Shown: positions 37,728-51,503, numbered from the stretch's first letter. The stretch is 64,000 nt of DNA from Antedon mediterranea (GCF_964355755.1 NC_092670.1:6996201-7060200), one strand, 5' to 3'. A program made the numbers and translations. Notes: generated by a model not told the origin, from the letters alone.

Positions 37728-37810
37728 CCCTTCCACGCTCTAACTAGGCCCTACATTGCTTAACTTCAGTGATCTGACGAGAACCGGTGTTTCAACGTGG
37801 TAAAGCCGTA
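37728..37810 (-). pseudogene. 5S rRNA-derived fragment (pseudogene or head of a 5S-SINE)
   Basis: The - strand reads TACGGCTTTACCACGTTGAAACACCGGTTCTCGTCAGATCACTGAAGTTAAGCAATGTAGGGCCTAGTTAG..., matching the 5' two-thirds of invertebrate 5S rRNA. Confidence 0.85.
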
Positions 37811-37969
37811 TAATTCTCACATTGATCAATAGTAATAATCTAGTCTGTATTAATTGAAATCATATTGATGTAATGCCATTAACATGACCATAACTGTTTG
37901 CAACTCATATCTGTTTATTTCATTATCAATATTATTATATATTATTATATTATTAATATTTTATTTCAG

Positions 37970-38221
37970 ACGAAGAACCTCCTGTCTTCTATACTTGTGA
38001 CAACTCAACTGTTTATATCAACAACACTGCTGGTGAAAACTTTGCACCATACACATGGATGGAGCCAGCTAATGCTGACAACATTTTAGTAGATTCAGAG
38101 AGATCAACACCTAATTTTGCACCAGGTCAAGACTTTACCGTCGGAGAAAATTATATTATTTATATAAACTATGATACATCAGGAAACCAAAACAGTTGTA
38201 ACTTTACACTTGTGGTTGTAG
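37970..38221 (+). CDS. Exon: HYR domain 3
   Basis: TTTCAG / GTATGT, 252 bp. DEEPPVF..C...WMEP.NADN...PGQDFTVG...DTSGNQNSCNFTLVV. Confidence 0.9.
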
Positions 38222-38790
38222 GTATGTTTCTGTTTCAGTTATTCCTTTACTTTACATTAATTAATATTTTAAAGATATATAATTTTTTAAATACCTTGAA
38301 TTAAATAGAGTTTAGTGGGATACGATAAAACAACATAATTGACGCAATTCATAGCGAAAGTACCCCTCTTGATTAATTATAATACAAGCCGAACTAATCC
38401 CTATTGCTTGTAATTAGGACGTCATCAGTTGACCCACTAACGCGTTTTACAATAACCAACCATTTTAATTTCTCAAATTATACTAAGATTCTTGGTGAAT
38501 AATTTTACATTTGCCAGGTTAAAAAACATATTGGCACAGTTAAGTAAAGCTCAGTCACGATGTCCAGTTTTCCAAAAATTATAATTTTCAAAGAATCTTT
38601 GAAATATTACAAAAGAAATTAAACTAATTTAGTCTTGCTTGTATGTTTATTATATTTCAATAAATTATTTTTTTTGTATTTCTGTTTAAAGCATTTAAAA
38701 TTAAGTTTTTAGATTATACTCATCAAACACAGTCCTGCTATAATTAAGGGACGGGATATATTTACTCTTTTCTACTCATTTTGTGTGTAG

Positions 38791-39036
38791 ATATTGAAGA
38801 TCCAGCTATTGCCAATTGTCCAAACAATACTGCAAGCATAACAGATAATGGCAAAAATTACAGTAATATTACCTGGACTCCGGAGCCTACAGCTACAGAT
38901 AATGATGGTGTTGTAAGTTTTGAAAAGACACATAATTCAGGAGATTTATTCTATTTTGGTGTTACAACTGTTAATTATACTGCTGTTGACCATTCCGGAA
39001 ATGTAGCCATATGTTTATTCAATATTACCCTTACAG
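38791..39036 (+). CDS. Exon: HYR domain 4
   Basis: TGTAG / GTAAGA, 246 bp. DIEDPAIANCP...ITW.PEPTATDNDG...HNSGDLF..GVTTVNYTAVD.SGN..CLFNITL. Confidence 0.92.
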
Positions 39037-39238
39037 GTAAGATTTTTTCCTGCATTGAAATAGTCATGTCTTGCTCAAGCATACTGTATTGCAGTGTATT
39101 GCACTGTAATTGTTATGCTTACTGGAAGTAAAGCTTTGTGCTACAGAAAGTAATTCTCTGTTATCTGTAACTAAGCAGTTCTATACTGCATAACCTAATA
39201 TTAAAAACTACTACTATTATTATTATTATCATTTTTAG

Positions 39239-39493
39239 ATCTAGAATCACCTGAGATAATTGATTGTCCAATGGATTCGATTGTTAACACAACAACTGGT
39301 GAGGCATCTGTCTTCAATGTCACATGGATGGTACCGACAGCTACTGATAACTCTGGAGAGACTCCTGTACCAGTAGCAGACTACACGTCTGGTGATAATA
39401 TGTTTGGAATTGGGACCACAGCAGTCCAGTACAATGTCTCAGATTCAGCTGGTAACTTTAATGATAGCTGCACTTTTGTTATCCATGTTGAAG
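39239..39493 (+). CDS. Exon: HYR domain 5 (older paralog of HYR 1)
   Basis: TTTTAG / GTAAGA, 255 bp. DLESPEIIDCP...VTWMVPTATDNSG...GIGTTAVQYNVSDSAGN..CTFVIHV. Confidence 0.92.
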
Positions 39494-40280
39494 GTAAGAG
39501 TGTACCTTATATGACAAAATTAGATGTTATTTATTTATTTTTCATTTATTCAGGTATAAACACATTTACATTCCATAATGCAGCAACAGCTAAATCGGTT
39601 GGATTACAATAAAAAAAAACAAGGCATAAAACAAAACAAATTATAAGATTCGTGCTAAGTACGGGATTGTTGATTTTCTATACCTCTCAATACGGCATCA
39701 AATTGGTGGTTCAAAATGAATCCTACATTATTCAAAGGTGTTTTGAAAGGCTACGATTCAAAATAAATACGTCACAATGTATTGCAAACTATAATGCATT
39801 ATTCTTTGTACATACAACTGTCTACGTTCGTCTACAAAACAACAATATAAAACAATTTGAGCATATTAATCCTTTGAACCTCATGGTACCTATTTAAACA
39901 TTTCAGATCAAGATAAACGTATATAAAGCACTATTTCTACATTTTATTTATTAGTTCCTCGTACATACAACTTTGTATACATTCAACATACACACACACA
40001 CACACATCAAAACTATGTTGAAGATATTGTTTTGAGTAAAACAATTTTAGTTTTTATTGTATCAGACGATTAGTTTACCTACATCTACATTTACAGGAAA
40101 ATGTTACTAATATTTCTGATTTTGATACTTGGAATTTCTAATCTTGTTAATTCACAAAGTGAGTATTTTCTTCCTAGTTAGACTTTAATCAATATCTTGA
40201 TCTGGTCGTGAGCATTTCTATGTTTGTAGTCATGTTCCAGAACACTTTATAATGTTTTGTAAACAAACATTTGTAATGCA

Positions 40281-41320
40281 CACAGCTGTTTCAACTATTG
40301 TTAAGATATCAGAAAAAGTCAAGCGCCCTCAGTGTTAGCAGACGAGGCTCCCCCGAGTCGCGCGGACATATAATTTTTGTTTACAAACCATTATTTCGCG
40401 AACGCCAAATTAAATTTCGCTATCGTGAGTTATTATGTAGTAAAAACATTTTATACAAAACTAAACGATTAAAAAAAGTGTATGTTCAATTAAAAAATAA
40501 ATATTTTATTGTTTCTTTACTATAAATTAATAAATAAACGACGATATTGTCCATTTTACTGAAATACTCTCCCGCACATAAACCAGGAAGTTGAGATAAA
40601 CTGTGTAATGAAATAGTAAACAATCGTAAGTAGAAAATATCATTGTATTCTTTACTTTTTTTTTGGATATAATTCATTTTTTTAGAAAAAGAACGAACTA
40701 GAATATAGTCCATCATTATTATATAAACAAAATAATACTAGTTTTGTTAATATAGCCTGGTTCAGTTTTTAGTAAAACTCGCATATTTTGCAACCCTTTT
40801 ATACATTAGAGAGCTTTCGCTATCTCGATCGGGAACGAGAACCAGCATTAATTACCGGTTCTCGATCTCGTACTCGTTTTAAGAACAAATGTAGTTTCGT
40901 ATCCAGTTTCGTAACTAAAGTATCCAACTAAATCAAAGAATTCAACAGAAAAAATTATTTTTAAACTGATATGGAAAACAACATTTATACCTACTTTTTT
41001 AAATGTATCGCTTGAGAAAAAAACTGGCGTTGGGTGTACAATTTTCAATTACATTACCTCTTAAAATCCACGTGATAAAACGACGACAACATGTTTTTCA
41101 CCTTCATCCAGGGTTGTTCTAATGAATATTCATTATTTTTCTGACTTTCGTGGTCTTTATTTGTTTTTATTGGCTATTAAAAAACAGTCGTTTTATGCTT
41201 GATTGCTTCCGGGTTTCCTCATGTGGTTTGTATACAATATGTTTTCAGAATCGCTACTCCATAAAACGCTATGAAACGTTGGGGGCGCTGCACTTAATTC
41301 ATATTTCTGGAACAGCTGTG
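40281..41320. mobile_element. Non-autonomous CAC-terminated DNA transposon with a 4-bp TSD (Chapaev-like, CMC superfamily)
   Basis: TIR CACAGCTGTT...AACAGCTGTG. TSD TGCA at 40277-40280 and 41321-41324. The empty paralogous site AATGCAAGCC lies at about 48780-48789. Confidence 0.85.
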
Positions 41321-44300
41321 TGCAAGCCAATGAACAAAAGTAGTTAGTTTTCATGGCGGTCACCTATGTTAAGTCAAACAAACCTTTATTTTTAGTGAGT
41401 CAAAATGTCAAAATTTAATAACATGTAACCGTTCTACACGTAACACGAAAGAAATACAGCATCGACTTAGTGTTTGGAGTTGATGGCTGCAGACAGATAA
41501 TATAGAGAGTTCAAATGAAATAGTTGGCTTATATATACTATCATTCCTATTAACGTTGGAATAAAAATAAAATAATAAACTTAGTTTTTCAAAAACTGGT
41601 AGTGGTCGAGCCTGATCTTCCCTTTTTGGTATAGTAACTCAGTTTGAAGTTAGGCACTTTATTGATTTCCTCGACTGGCTTTGGATTTTAACACACAGAT
41701 TAAAAAACTTGGGGAATCTTCAACCTGAATTTAATAGATTTGAAGTTAAGTTCTATCTAAATCTGAAATATCTGAATTTGTTAAGCAAGGAATAAGTTTA
41801 AATACAATTTATTTCGGAACGTACAAGGAGGACCTGCCAGCACTTAATAGGTTGAGAGTTAAGTAAAGTCATGTCAAATAAATTTATTTTCATATAAAAA
41901 CATTTACATTGAAATGAATTGAATGGTTTCGGCTAACAACAAATAAATAGGACTTAAACTACATTATTTATTGAAATTCTTGATTTTCGTAAAAACTAAA
42001 CCTACTCTGTTTCACACTGTCTCAGATGATTAACAACATTATAAAGTATACTATTTATTGTTTGTCAGGGCCCGCCCGTATAGGAGGAGGTGAGGAGGCG
42101 GAGTTCATTTAAGGGAGGTGCTTATTCGAGGATACTTTAATTTTTTAGTTGTAATAATAGGGTAACATTTATAATCAAATAGAATCCTCTAATAGATATG
42201 AAATTGGTAAATAGAATAACAAATGCTTGGTATATTGTAAATAACAGTCCGATGAATTCTATAGTATAATTGTGTTATAAATATAATACAATATTGTGTT
42301 TTTGTTGTGTGTATAAATGTGGATGGGCGGTTCTAAGTGATATTTTATTGGAGATGTATGCTGTTTATTCAAATAAATACCATCCTAATTGGTATAGTTA
42401 AAACATTATTTAGTTAGTTAGAAACTAACTTCCGTGGCACAGTGAGCCGTTTCGTTTCGGCCTAAGAAAGAAGACGTTAAAAGGCTTATAATGCGGGGAG
42501 GGGCGTACGCGCGAAAGAGGGGTGGGTTTGGGAGGGGACTGGGTTTGGGAGTGGGTGTCCCACCCCCCATCGTGTCCCCCTCCCGAGCCTCAGTTTCCAT
42601 TACATGTAATAACAATGTCACATAATGTACGGTAAATTTAAATAAATCCTTCCTAAATACTCTAATACGGATCTTTTTCGACGAACTAATAATAAACTTT
42701 GATCGAAAAACACTTCATTTGGTATTGCGGCACTCCGAAAATGCCTTGATAGTGCATGTGTTTAGTGTACGACTGTGCTTTGGTGGTCTGTTTAACCTCA
42801 GATATATACCCTATAGCCGGGTAAATAACTCAATGTAATTTAGTATACAATGATTGCCGTAATCGCCGTGTCTATAACACAAATCAATAAAATGCCAAAT
42901 ACGCCACATGCGTTTTTTCGGCCGTGTACATAGAACAAGACATTTCATGTTTATGTTATGCCTATGAAATAATGATAAAAAAAGAACATCATGTTTCTCG
43001 TATTTTTTATAGTTTATACTGCATACCATTATATAAAAAACCTTCATACGCGAGAAAAAAGTTCACGATATTACACTCTACTCCGTACAGGGGTGTAAAT
43101 ATACAGGTCCGCGCTAACGCTTGCACACGGACCAGGGCGGAAAATGGTGTATATTTGGAGAGTGATGACGTCAGCATTCACACGAGGAGCGAGCTAAGAC
43201 AACGTGATGCTGGTAGTGGGACTCGAGCATGCATGTGTTTTGAAAATAACTCAGTTGTGGGTATTTTCCGAAGATTTTAAATCGCGTTTTTTTTTTAACT
43301 CTTGAATTCATAAATAGTAATTAAACTCTTACCTCTTTCACTATGTAGGCCTATTTACAGAACTATAGCTCTAGCCTATTCTTCTTAATTAAAATAGTCA
43401 AGTGCGTCGAATCCGCGTCTAGTTCCCAATCGAACCCCCACCCAAACCAATTTAATCGACAACGTGAACCCGGAAATGACTTCTACCACGTACGATTGAA
43501 AATTTACCGATGAAATCAGAAATGTTGTTTTAAAACATTTTATAATATCTTCATAAGATAGAAATATGCAACAATATCGTAATAGTGAGAACTAATGTTA
43601 TCAAATCATTTTAACTTTCAATTGAGAGTAGATAATTATATTTGATATACTAGGCCAATGTATTAAATACAATTGTGTATTATGATTACAACTACAGAAA
43701 ATTCATTTTCCTGTGTAAGAGCCATGTTTTTTTTATTGAAACGTGTGCACTTGAATTCTTGTATATACTGTAATTCTGTTCTGTTTATTCGCAGCATAAT
43801 ATAACAAATGGTAACAGAATAACAAATTGTATTGTGTTTTTTTGTACATAATGCAAACTAAAAAAAGTTAAAGTCACTCAAGCCATTCTTTAAAAGTCAT
43901 TCCGTTTAACAATTTGTTGACATGTGTTCACAAATCTCCTTATATCAAGATCAATTCAATTGAAATACGAATAATCAGTACTTAAGCATAGTTACATGTA
44001 CTTTTCATAGATATCGAGGCTCCATTTTTTATGGTAACTTTACCGTTGGTTGATTTCGACATATTATTCTTAGCCATTTCTATACGCTTCACATCAGTGC
44101 AGACAAGTAACACTCATGGGGTGATCCAACTTTCTTCAGATATTTTTACTACAGATAATGTATCAGATACTTAAAACCCGTTGTTCGCTTAAATGTAGAA
44201 ATACACTAATCTAAGAAGTAATATAAAGTAGTAGTTTCTGAATCAGGATCGAGGGTTGCATCGTATTGGAGGCACAGACAATTGCACGAGGATAATAATC

Positions 44301-45315
44301 TAACTTATCAGCCTGCACATTCTAGACGTTACAAAATGTAACTGATATAAAATAGGTGTTACTATAGTTTAATAATATATTCATAGAATAGAATAATTTA
44401 TACTCATATTCCATAATAACTGAGACAAGAATGAACATTGTTGATTACAACTACAGAAAATTCATTTTCCTGTGTAAGAGCCATGTTTTTTTTTTATTGA
44501 AACGTGTGCACTTGAATTCTTGTATATACTGTAATTCTGATTCATAATTTGTCTTTTATATTCATTTCTTTTATTCGCAGCATAATATAACAAATGGTAA
44601 CAGAATAACAAATTGTATTGTGTTTTTTTGTACATAATGCAAACTAAAAAAAGTTAAAGTCACTCAAGCCATTCTTTAAAAGTCATTCCGTTTAACAATT
44701 TGTTGACATGTGTTCACAAATCTCCTTATATCAAGATCAATTCAATTGAAATACGAATAATCAGTACTTAAGCATAGTTACATGTACTTTTCATAGATAT
44801 TGAGGCTCCATTTTTTATGGTAACTTTACCGTTGGTTGATTTCGACATATTATTCTTAGCCATTTCTATACGCTTCACATCAGTGCAGACAAGTAACACT
44901 CATGGGGTGATCCAACTTTCTTCAGATATTTTTACTACAGATAATGTATCAGATACTTAAAACCCGTTGTTCGCTTAAATGTAGAAATACACTAATCTAA
45001 GAAGTAATATAAAGTAGTAGTTTCTGAATCAGGATCGAGGGTTGCATCGTATTGGAGGCACAGACAATTGCACGAGGATAATAATCTAACTTATCAGCCT
45101 GCACATTCTAGACGTTACAAAATGTAACTGATATAAAATAGGTGTTACTATAGTTTAATAATATATTCATAGAATAGAATAATTTATACTCATATTCCAT
45201 AATAACTGAGACAAGAATGAACATTGTTGTCTCAGTTAATAATGAGGGAGGGTTTGAATTGGAATAATCCAATATATCGAAAGACTATCCATATATTATT
45301 ATCAACATTGTTTAG

Positions 45316-45567
45316 ATCAAGAAGCTCCAGATATTTTCAATTGCCCAATGGATTTGATTGTTGACACAGCAACTGGTGAGGCATTTGCCATCAATGTCAC
45401 ATGGGTTGAACCGACAGCTACTGACAACTCTGATGAGACTCCTATACCAGTATCAGACTACACTTCTGGTGATATGTTTGCACTTGGTAACACAACAGTC
45501 CAGTACAATGTCTCAGATTCAGCTGTTAATTTTAATGATAGCTGTAGTTTTTCCGTCACTGTTAAAG
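45316..45567 (+). CDS. Exon: HYR domain 1' (duplicate)
   Basis: Splice sites intact, 252 bp, frame open. Confidence 0.88.
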
Positions 45568-45798
45568 GTAAGAAAAGAAGAAATTAAACTTGAGCTTAAG
45601 TAATGTGAATATGTCAAATGTGATCTAGTTTTAGGAGAAGGAGGATATACAATAATTTAAATTCAGTAAATTAGCATAAAATGTTGAAAAGGTAATACAG
45701 TAGATCTTCTATTAATGGGACACCTTCGAGACCCCACACATTTTCCTCTCAAAATGCATATTAGTACTCTTTCTATCTTTTCTGCATTGTTATTATAG

Positions 45799-46083
45799 AT
45801 TTGGAGACACCATCTTTTAATGGTACATGCCCATCCAGTCCTTTGGAGGTACCAACTGATCCTCCAACCGGCAACAGACTCATTGGGGAAATGTTTGCAA
45901 CTGTGATCTGGACAATTCCATCAGCAACTGATAATGTAGGTGTTGTCATGGTTACAAACAACAGCTACCCTGGATCTCCAGTATATTTCAATATATCTTC
46001 TGATTATGACATGAATGTGGCATATGCTGCACAAGATGCAGCAGGCAATGTGGCGATATGTTCATTTTTTGTAAAAGTTGTGG
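45799..46083 (+). CDS. Exon: HYR domain 2' (duplicate)
   Basis: Splice sites intact, 285 bp, frame open. Confidence 0.88.
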
Positions 46084-46287
46084 GTAAGAATTAATTAAAA
46101 ATAATATATAATCATATATATATTACAATAACTTATATCGTTCGAAGAAATATTTACCATACCATAAAAACATTAATTTTCTTCGGTGAATGTTAGTATA
46201 TTTATATATAAAGTAAATGATGGATGAAACTAAGCCAGGACTGTTTAATGCCTAATGGGACACCATCTCCATATACACCACTATATT

Positions 46288-46370
46288 CCCCTCCACGCTC
46301 TAACCAGGCCCTACATTGCTTAACTTCAGTGATCTGACGAGAACCGGTGTTTCAACGTGGTAAAGCCGTA
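46288..46370 (-). pseudogene. 5S rRNA-derived fragment, duplicated copy
   Basis: Same sequence as 37728-37810, within duplication copy 2. Confidence 0.85.
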
Positions 46371-46504
46371 TAATCCTCACATTGATCAATAGTAATAATC
46401 TAGTCTGTAGATTAACATGGCCATAACTGTTTGCAACTCATATCTGTTTATTTCTTTATTAATATTATTATATATTATTATATATTATTAATATTTTATT
46501 TCAG

Positions 46505-46756
46505 ACGAAGAACCTCCTGTCTTCTATACTTGTGACAACTCAACTGTTTATATCAACAACACTGCTGGTGAAAACTTTGCACCATACACATGGATGGAGC
46601 CAGCTAATGCTGACAACATTTTAGTAGATTCAGAGAGATCAACACCTAATTTTGCTCCAGGTCAAGACTTTACCATCGGAGAAAATTATATTATTTATAT
46701 AAACTATGATACATCAGGAAACCAAAACAGTTGTAACTTTACACTTGTGGTTGTAG
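46505..46756 (+). CDS. Exon: HYR domain 3' (duplicate)
   Basis: Splice sites intact, 252 bp, frame open. Confidence 0.88.
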
Positions 46757-47303
46757 GTATGTTTCTGTTTCCATTATTCCTTTAATTTTAATTAATTAAT
46801 ATTTTAAAGATATATAATTTTTTAAATACCTTGAATTAAATAGAGTTTAGTGGGATACGATAAAACAACATACTTGACGCAATTCATAGCGAAAGTACCC
46901 CTCTTGATTATTGCTTGTAATTAGGACGTCATCCGTTGACACACTAACGCGTTTTACAATAACCAACCATTTTAATTTCTCAAATTATACTAAGATTCTT
47001 GGTGAATAATTTTACATTTGCCAGGTTAAAAAACATATTGGCACAGTTAAGTAAAGCTCAGTCACGATGTCCAGTTTTCCAAAAATTATAATTTTCAAAG
47101 AATCTTTGAAATATTACAAAAGAAATTAAACTAATTTAGTCTTGCTTGTATGTTTATTATATTTCAATAAAGTAGTTTTTTTTTTTTGTATTTCTGTTTA
47201 AAAAATTTTAAAAGTAAGTTTTTAGATTATACTCATCAAACACAGTCCGGCTATAATTAAGAGACGGGATATATTTACTCTTTTCTACTCATTTTGTGTG
47301 TAG

Positions 47304-47549
47304 ATATTGAAGATCCAGCTATTGCCAATTGTCCAAACAATACTGCAAGCATAACAGATAATGGCAAAAATTACAGTAATATTACCTGGACTCCGGAGCC
47401 TACAGCTACAGATAATGATGGTGTTGTAAGTTTTGAAAAGACACATAATTCAGGAGATTTATTCTATCTTGGTGTTACAACTGTTAACTATACTGCTGTT
47501 GACCCTTCCGGAAATGTAGCCATATGTTTATTCAATATTACCCTTACAG
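47304..47549 (+). CDS. Exon: HYR domain 4' (duplicate)
   Basis: Splice sites intact, 246 bp, frame open. Confidence 0.88.
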
Positions 47550-47751
47550 GTAAGATTTTTTCCTGCATTAAAATAGTCATGTCTTGCTCAAGCATACTGT
47601 ATTGCACTGTATTGCACTGTAAGTGTTATGCTTACTGGAAGTAAAGCTTTGTGCTACAGAAAGTAATTCTCTGATATCTGTAACTAAGTAGTTCTATACT
47701 GCATAACTTAATATTAAAGACTACTACTATTATTATTATTATCATTTTTAG

Positions 47752-48000
47752 ATCTAGAATCACCTGAGATAATTGATTGTCCAATGGATTCGACCACAAC
47801 AACTGGTGAGGCATCTGTCTTCAATGTCACATGGATTGTACCGACAGCTACTGATAACTCTGGAGAGACTCCTGTACCAGTAGCAGACTACACGTCTGGT
47901 GATAATATGTTTGGAATTGGGACCACAACAGTCCAGTACAATGTCTCAGATTCAGCTGGTAACTTTAATGATAGCTGCACTTTTGTTATCCATGTTGAAG
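47752..48000 (+). CDS. Exon: HYR domain 5' (duplicate, in-frame 6-bp deletion)
   Basis: Splice sites intact, 249 bp, frame open. Confidence 0.88.
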
Positions 48001-51000
48001 GTAAGAGTGTACCTTATATGACAAAATTAGATGTTATTTATTTATTTTTCATTTATTCAGGTATAAACACATTTACATTCCAATATGCAGCAACAGCTAA
48101 ATCGGTTGGATTACAATAAAAAAAAACAAGGCATAAAACAAAGCAAATTATAAGATTCGTGCTAAGTACGGGATTGTTGATTTTCTATACCTCTCAATAC
48201 GGCATCAAATTGGTGGTTCAAAATGAATCCTACATTATTCAAAGGTGTTTTGAAAGGCTACGATTCAAAATAAATACGTCACAATGTATTGCAAACTATA
48301 ATGCATTATTCTTTGTACATACAACTGTCTACGTTCGTCTACAAAACACCAATATAAAACCATTTGAGCATATTAATCCTTTGAACCTCCTGGTACCTAT
48401 TTAAACATTTCAGATCAAGATAAACGTATATAAAGCACTATTTCTACATTTTATTTATTAGTTCCTCGTACATACAACTTTGTATACATTCAACATACAC
48501 ACACACACACATCAAAACGATGTTGAAGATATTGCTTTGAATAAAACAATTTTAGTTTTTATTGTATCAGACGATTAGTTTACCTACATCTACATTTACA
48601 GGAAAATGTTACTAATATTTTTGATTTTGATACTTGGAATTTCTAATCTTTTTAATTCACAAAGTGAGTTTTTTCTTCCTAGTTAGACTTTAATCAATAT
48701 CTTGATCTGGTCCTGAGCATTTTAATGTTTGTAGTCATGTTCCAGAACACTTTATAATGTTTTGTAAACAAACATTTCTAATGCAAGCCAATGAACAAAA
48801 GTAGTTAGTTTTCATGGCGGTCACCTATGTTAAGTCAAACAAACCTTTATTTTTAGTGAGTCAAAATGTCAAAATTCAATAACATGTAACCGTTCTACAC
48901 GTAACACGAAAGAAATACAGCATCGACTTAGTGTTTGGAGTTGATGGCTGCAGACAGATAATATAGAGAGTTCAAATGAAATAGTTGGCTTATATATACT
49001 ATCATTCCTATTAACGTTGGAATAAAAATAAAATAATAAACTTAGTTTTTTAAAAACTGGTAGTGGTCGAGCCTGATCTTCCCTTTTTGGTATAGTAACT
49101 CAGTTTGAAGTTAGGCCCTTTATTGATTCCCTCGACTGGCTGTGGATAATAACACACAGATTAAAAAACTTGGGGAATCTTCAACCTGAATTGAATAGAT
49201 TTGAAGTTAAGTTGTATCTAAATCTGAAATATCTGAATTTGTTTAGCAAGGAATAAGTTTAAATACAATTTATTTCGGAACGTACAAGGAGGACCTGCCT
49301 GCACTTAATAGGTTGAGAGTTAAGTCAAGTCAAGTCAAATAAATTTATTGTCATATAAAAACATTTACATTGAAATGAATTGAATGGTTTCGGCTAACAA
49401 CAAATAAATATTACTTAAACTACATTATTTATTGAAATTCTTGATTTTCGTAAAAACTAAACCTACTCTGTTTCACACTGTCTCAGATGATTAATAACAT
49501 TTTAAAGTATACTATTTATTGTTTGTCAGGGCCCGTATAGGAGGAGGTGAGGAGGCGGAGTTCATTTAAGGGAGGTGCTTATTCGAGGATACGTTTAATT
49601 TTTTAGTTGTAATAATAGGGTAACATTTATAATCAAATAGAATCCTCTAATAGATATGAAATTGGTAAAAAGAATAACAAATGCTTGGTAAATTGTAAAT
49701 AACAGTCCGATGAATTCTATAGTATAATTGTGTTATAAATATAATACAATATTGTGTTTTTGTTGTGTGTATAAATGTGGATGGGCGGTTCTAAGTGATA
49801 TTTTATTGGAGAGGTGTTGGCTGTTTATTCAAATAAATACCATCCTAATTGGTATAATTAAAACATTATTTAGTTAGTTAGAAACTAACTTCCGCGGCAC
49901 AGTGAGCCGTTTCGTTTCGGCCTAAGAAAGAAGACGTTAAACGGCTTGTAATGGAGGAGGGGCGTACGCGCGAAAGAGGAGTGGGTTTGGGACGGGGTGG
50001 GTTTGGGAGTGGGTGTCCCCCCCCCCCCATCGTGTCCCCCTTCCGAGCCTCAGAAAATTTTGAAAAAAATAGATGCTTACACACTGTTTAATAGGCTAGA
50101 GCAACTGTTTCCATTACATTTAATAACAATGTCACATAATGTAAATTTAAATAAATCCTTCCTGTAATTTAGTTTACAATGATTGCCGTAATCGCCGTGT
50201 CTATAACACAAATCAATAAAATGCCAAATACGCCACACACGTTTTTTCGGCCGTGTACATAGAACAAGACATTTCATGTTTATGTCATGCCTATGAAATA
50301 ATAATAAAAAAAGAACATCATGTTTCTCGTATTTTTTATCGTTTATACTGCATACCATTATATAAAAAACCTTCATACCCGGGAAAAAAGTTCACGATAT
50401 TACACTCTACTCTGTACAGGGGTGTAAATATACAGGTCCACGCTAACGCTTGCACACGGACCAGGGCGGAAAAGGGTGTATATTTGGAGAGTGATGACGT
50501 CAGCATTCACACGAGGAGCGCGCTAAGACAACGTGATGCTGGTAGTGGGAGCATGCATGTGTTTTGAAAATAACTCAGTTGTGTGTATTTTCCGAAGATT
50601 TTAAATCGCGTTTTCTTTTTAACCTCTTGAATTCATAAATAGTAATTAAACTCTTACCTATTTCACTATGTAGGCCTATTTACAGAACTATAGCTCTAGC
50701 CTAGTCTTCTTAATTAAAATAGTTAAGTGCGTCGAATCCGCGTCTAGCGACGGTCGCGGGTTTGGTGCATCTTTTTTTCCTTTAGAATTAAAGTGGGTGG
50801 CTAGCCACCCTATTCACCCCCCTAGATCGAGATTTATGCGCGAAAAGAAACGTGACCATACCCTGTTTTATGGTTAGGGCCAACCGCTTCTTTTTTCCCA
50901 ATCGAACCCCACCCAAACCCCTTTAATCGACAGCGAACATAATACGCGGTACACCAACCGTGAGAACCTAACTCGTACCTTTATCCCTGTATGAATGTAC

Positions 51001-51503
51001 GTCGATGCGTAGTTGCAAATGAATTTCCGATTTTCGCCTGGAATCTGAAAAATACACATTTTGGTTTCATTTTGTTTAGCCCTTCTACTGTACCTTCACA
51101 TGCGCGGTCCGAAAAAAAAAAAAAAAAAAACTTAAATGGCTATCGCCATCAACGGCAAATTTAAAACCTGGAAATTGCAAGGTGATGACTCAACGTGAAC
51201 CCGGAAATGACTTCTACCACGTACGATTGAAAATTTACCGATGAAATCAGAAATGTTGTTTTAAAACATTTTATAATATCTTCCTAAGATAGAAATATGC
51301 AACAATATCGTAATAGTGAGAACTAATGTTATCAAATCTACGTTTCGCAGTACATCTGAGATAGATGAGGTAGGTAACCTAGACGGACATTTGTCCCAAA
51401 GTTTTTCCATTACAGTAGTGGTCTGGTACCAAAAAGCAGATTGTTCTTCATTTTCTCTTACTTTCTTTGTGTTAATTTTGTTTTTCTTTTTTTTTGTTAT
51501 TAG

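Larger units (their letters stand above)
35719..43608 (+). repeat. Tandem segmental duplication, copy 1 (5 HYR exons plus introns)
   Basis: GGCCAATGTATTAAATAC at 35719 and 43653. Homology ends at ACTAATGTTATCAAATC (about 43608 and 51338). Confidence 0.9.
43653..51338 (+). repeat. Tandem segmental duplication, copy 2, with an internal tandem duplication of about 0.78 kb (about 43683-44442 repeated from 44443)
   Basis: Near-identical exons and introns to copy 1. Lacks the 40281-41320 insertion. Confidence 0.9.

Noticed and set aside
37728-37810. Functional 5S rRNA gene
   Set aside because: The 3' third is missing, box C is degraded and there is no T-run terminator at the expected position.
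39652-39897. 81-aa ORF conserved at 48159-48404 (likewise 42924-43280 and 50253-50567)
   Set aside because: Conservation simply reflects the recent segmental duplication. There are no domain motifs or convincing splice sites.
40281-41320. Calling the CAC element a RAG/Transib transposon
   Set aside because: The empty site shows a 4-bp TSD rather than 5 bp, there is no nonamer-like ACAAAAACC and there is no coding sequence.
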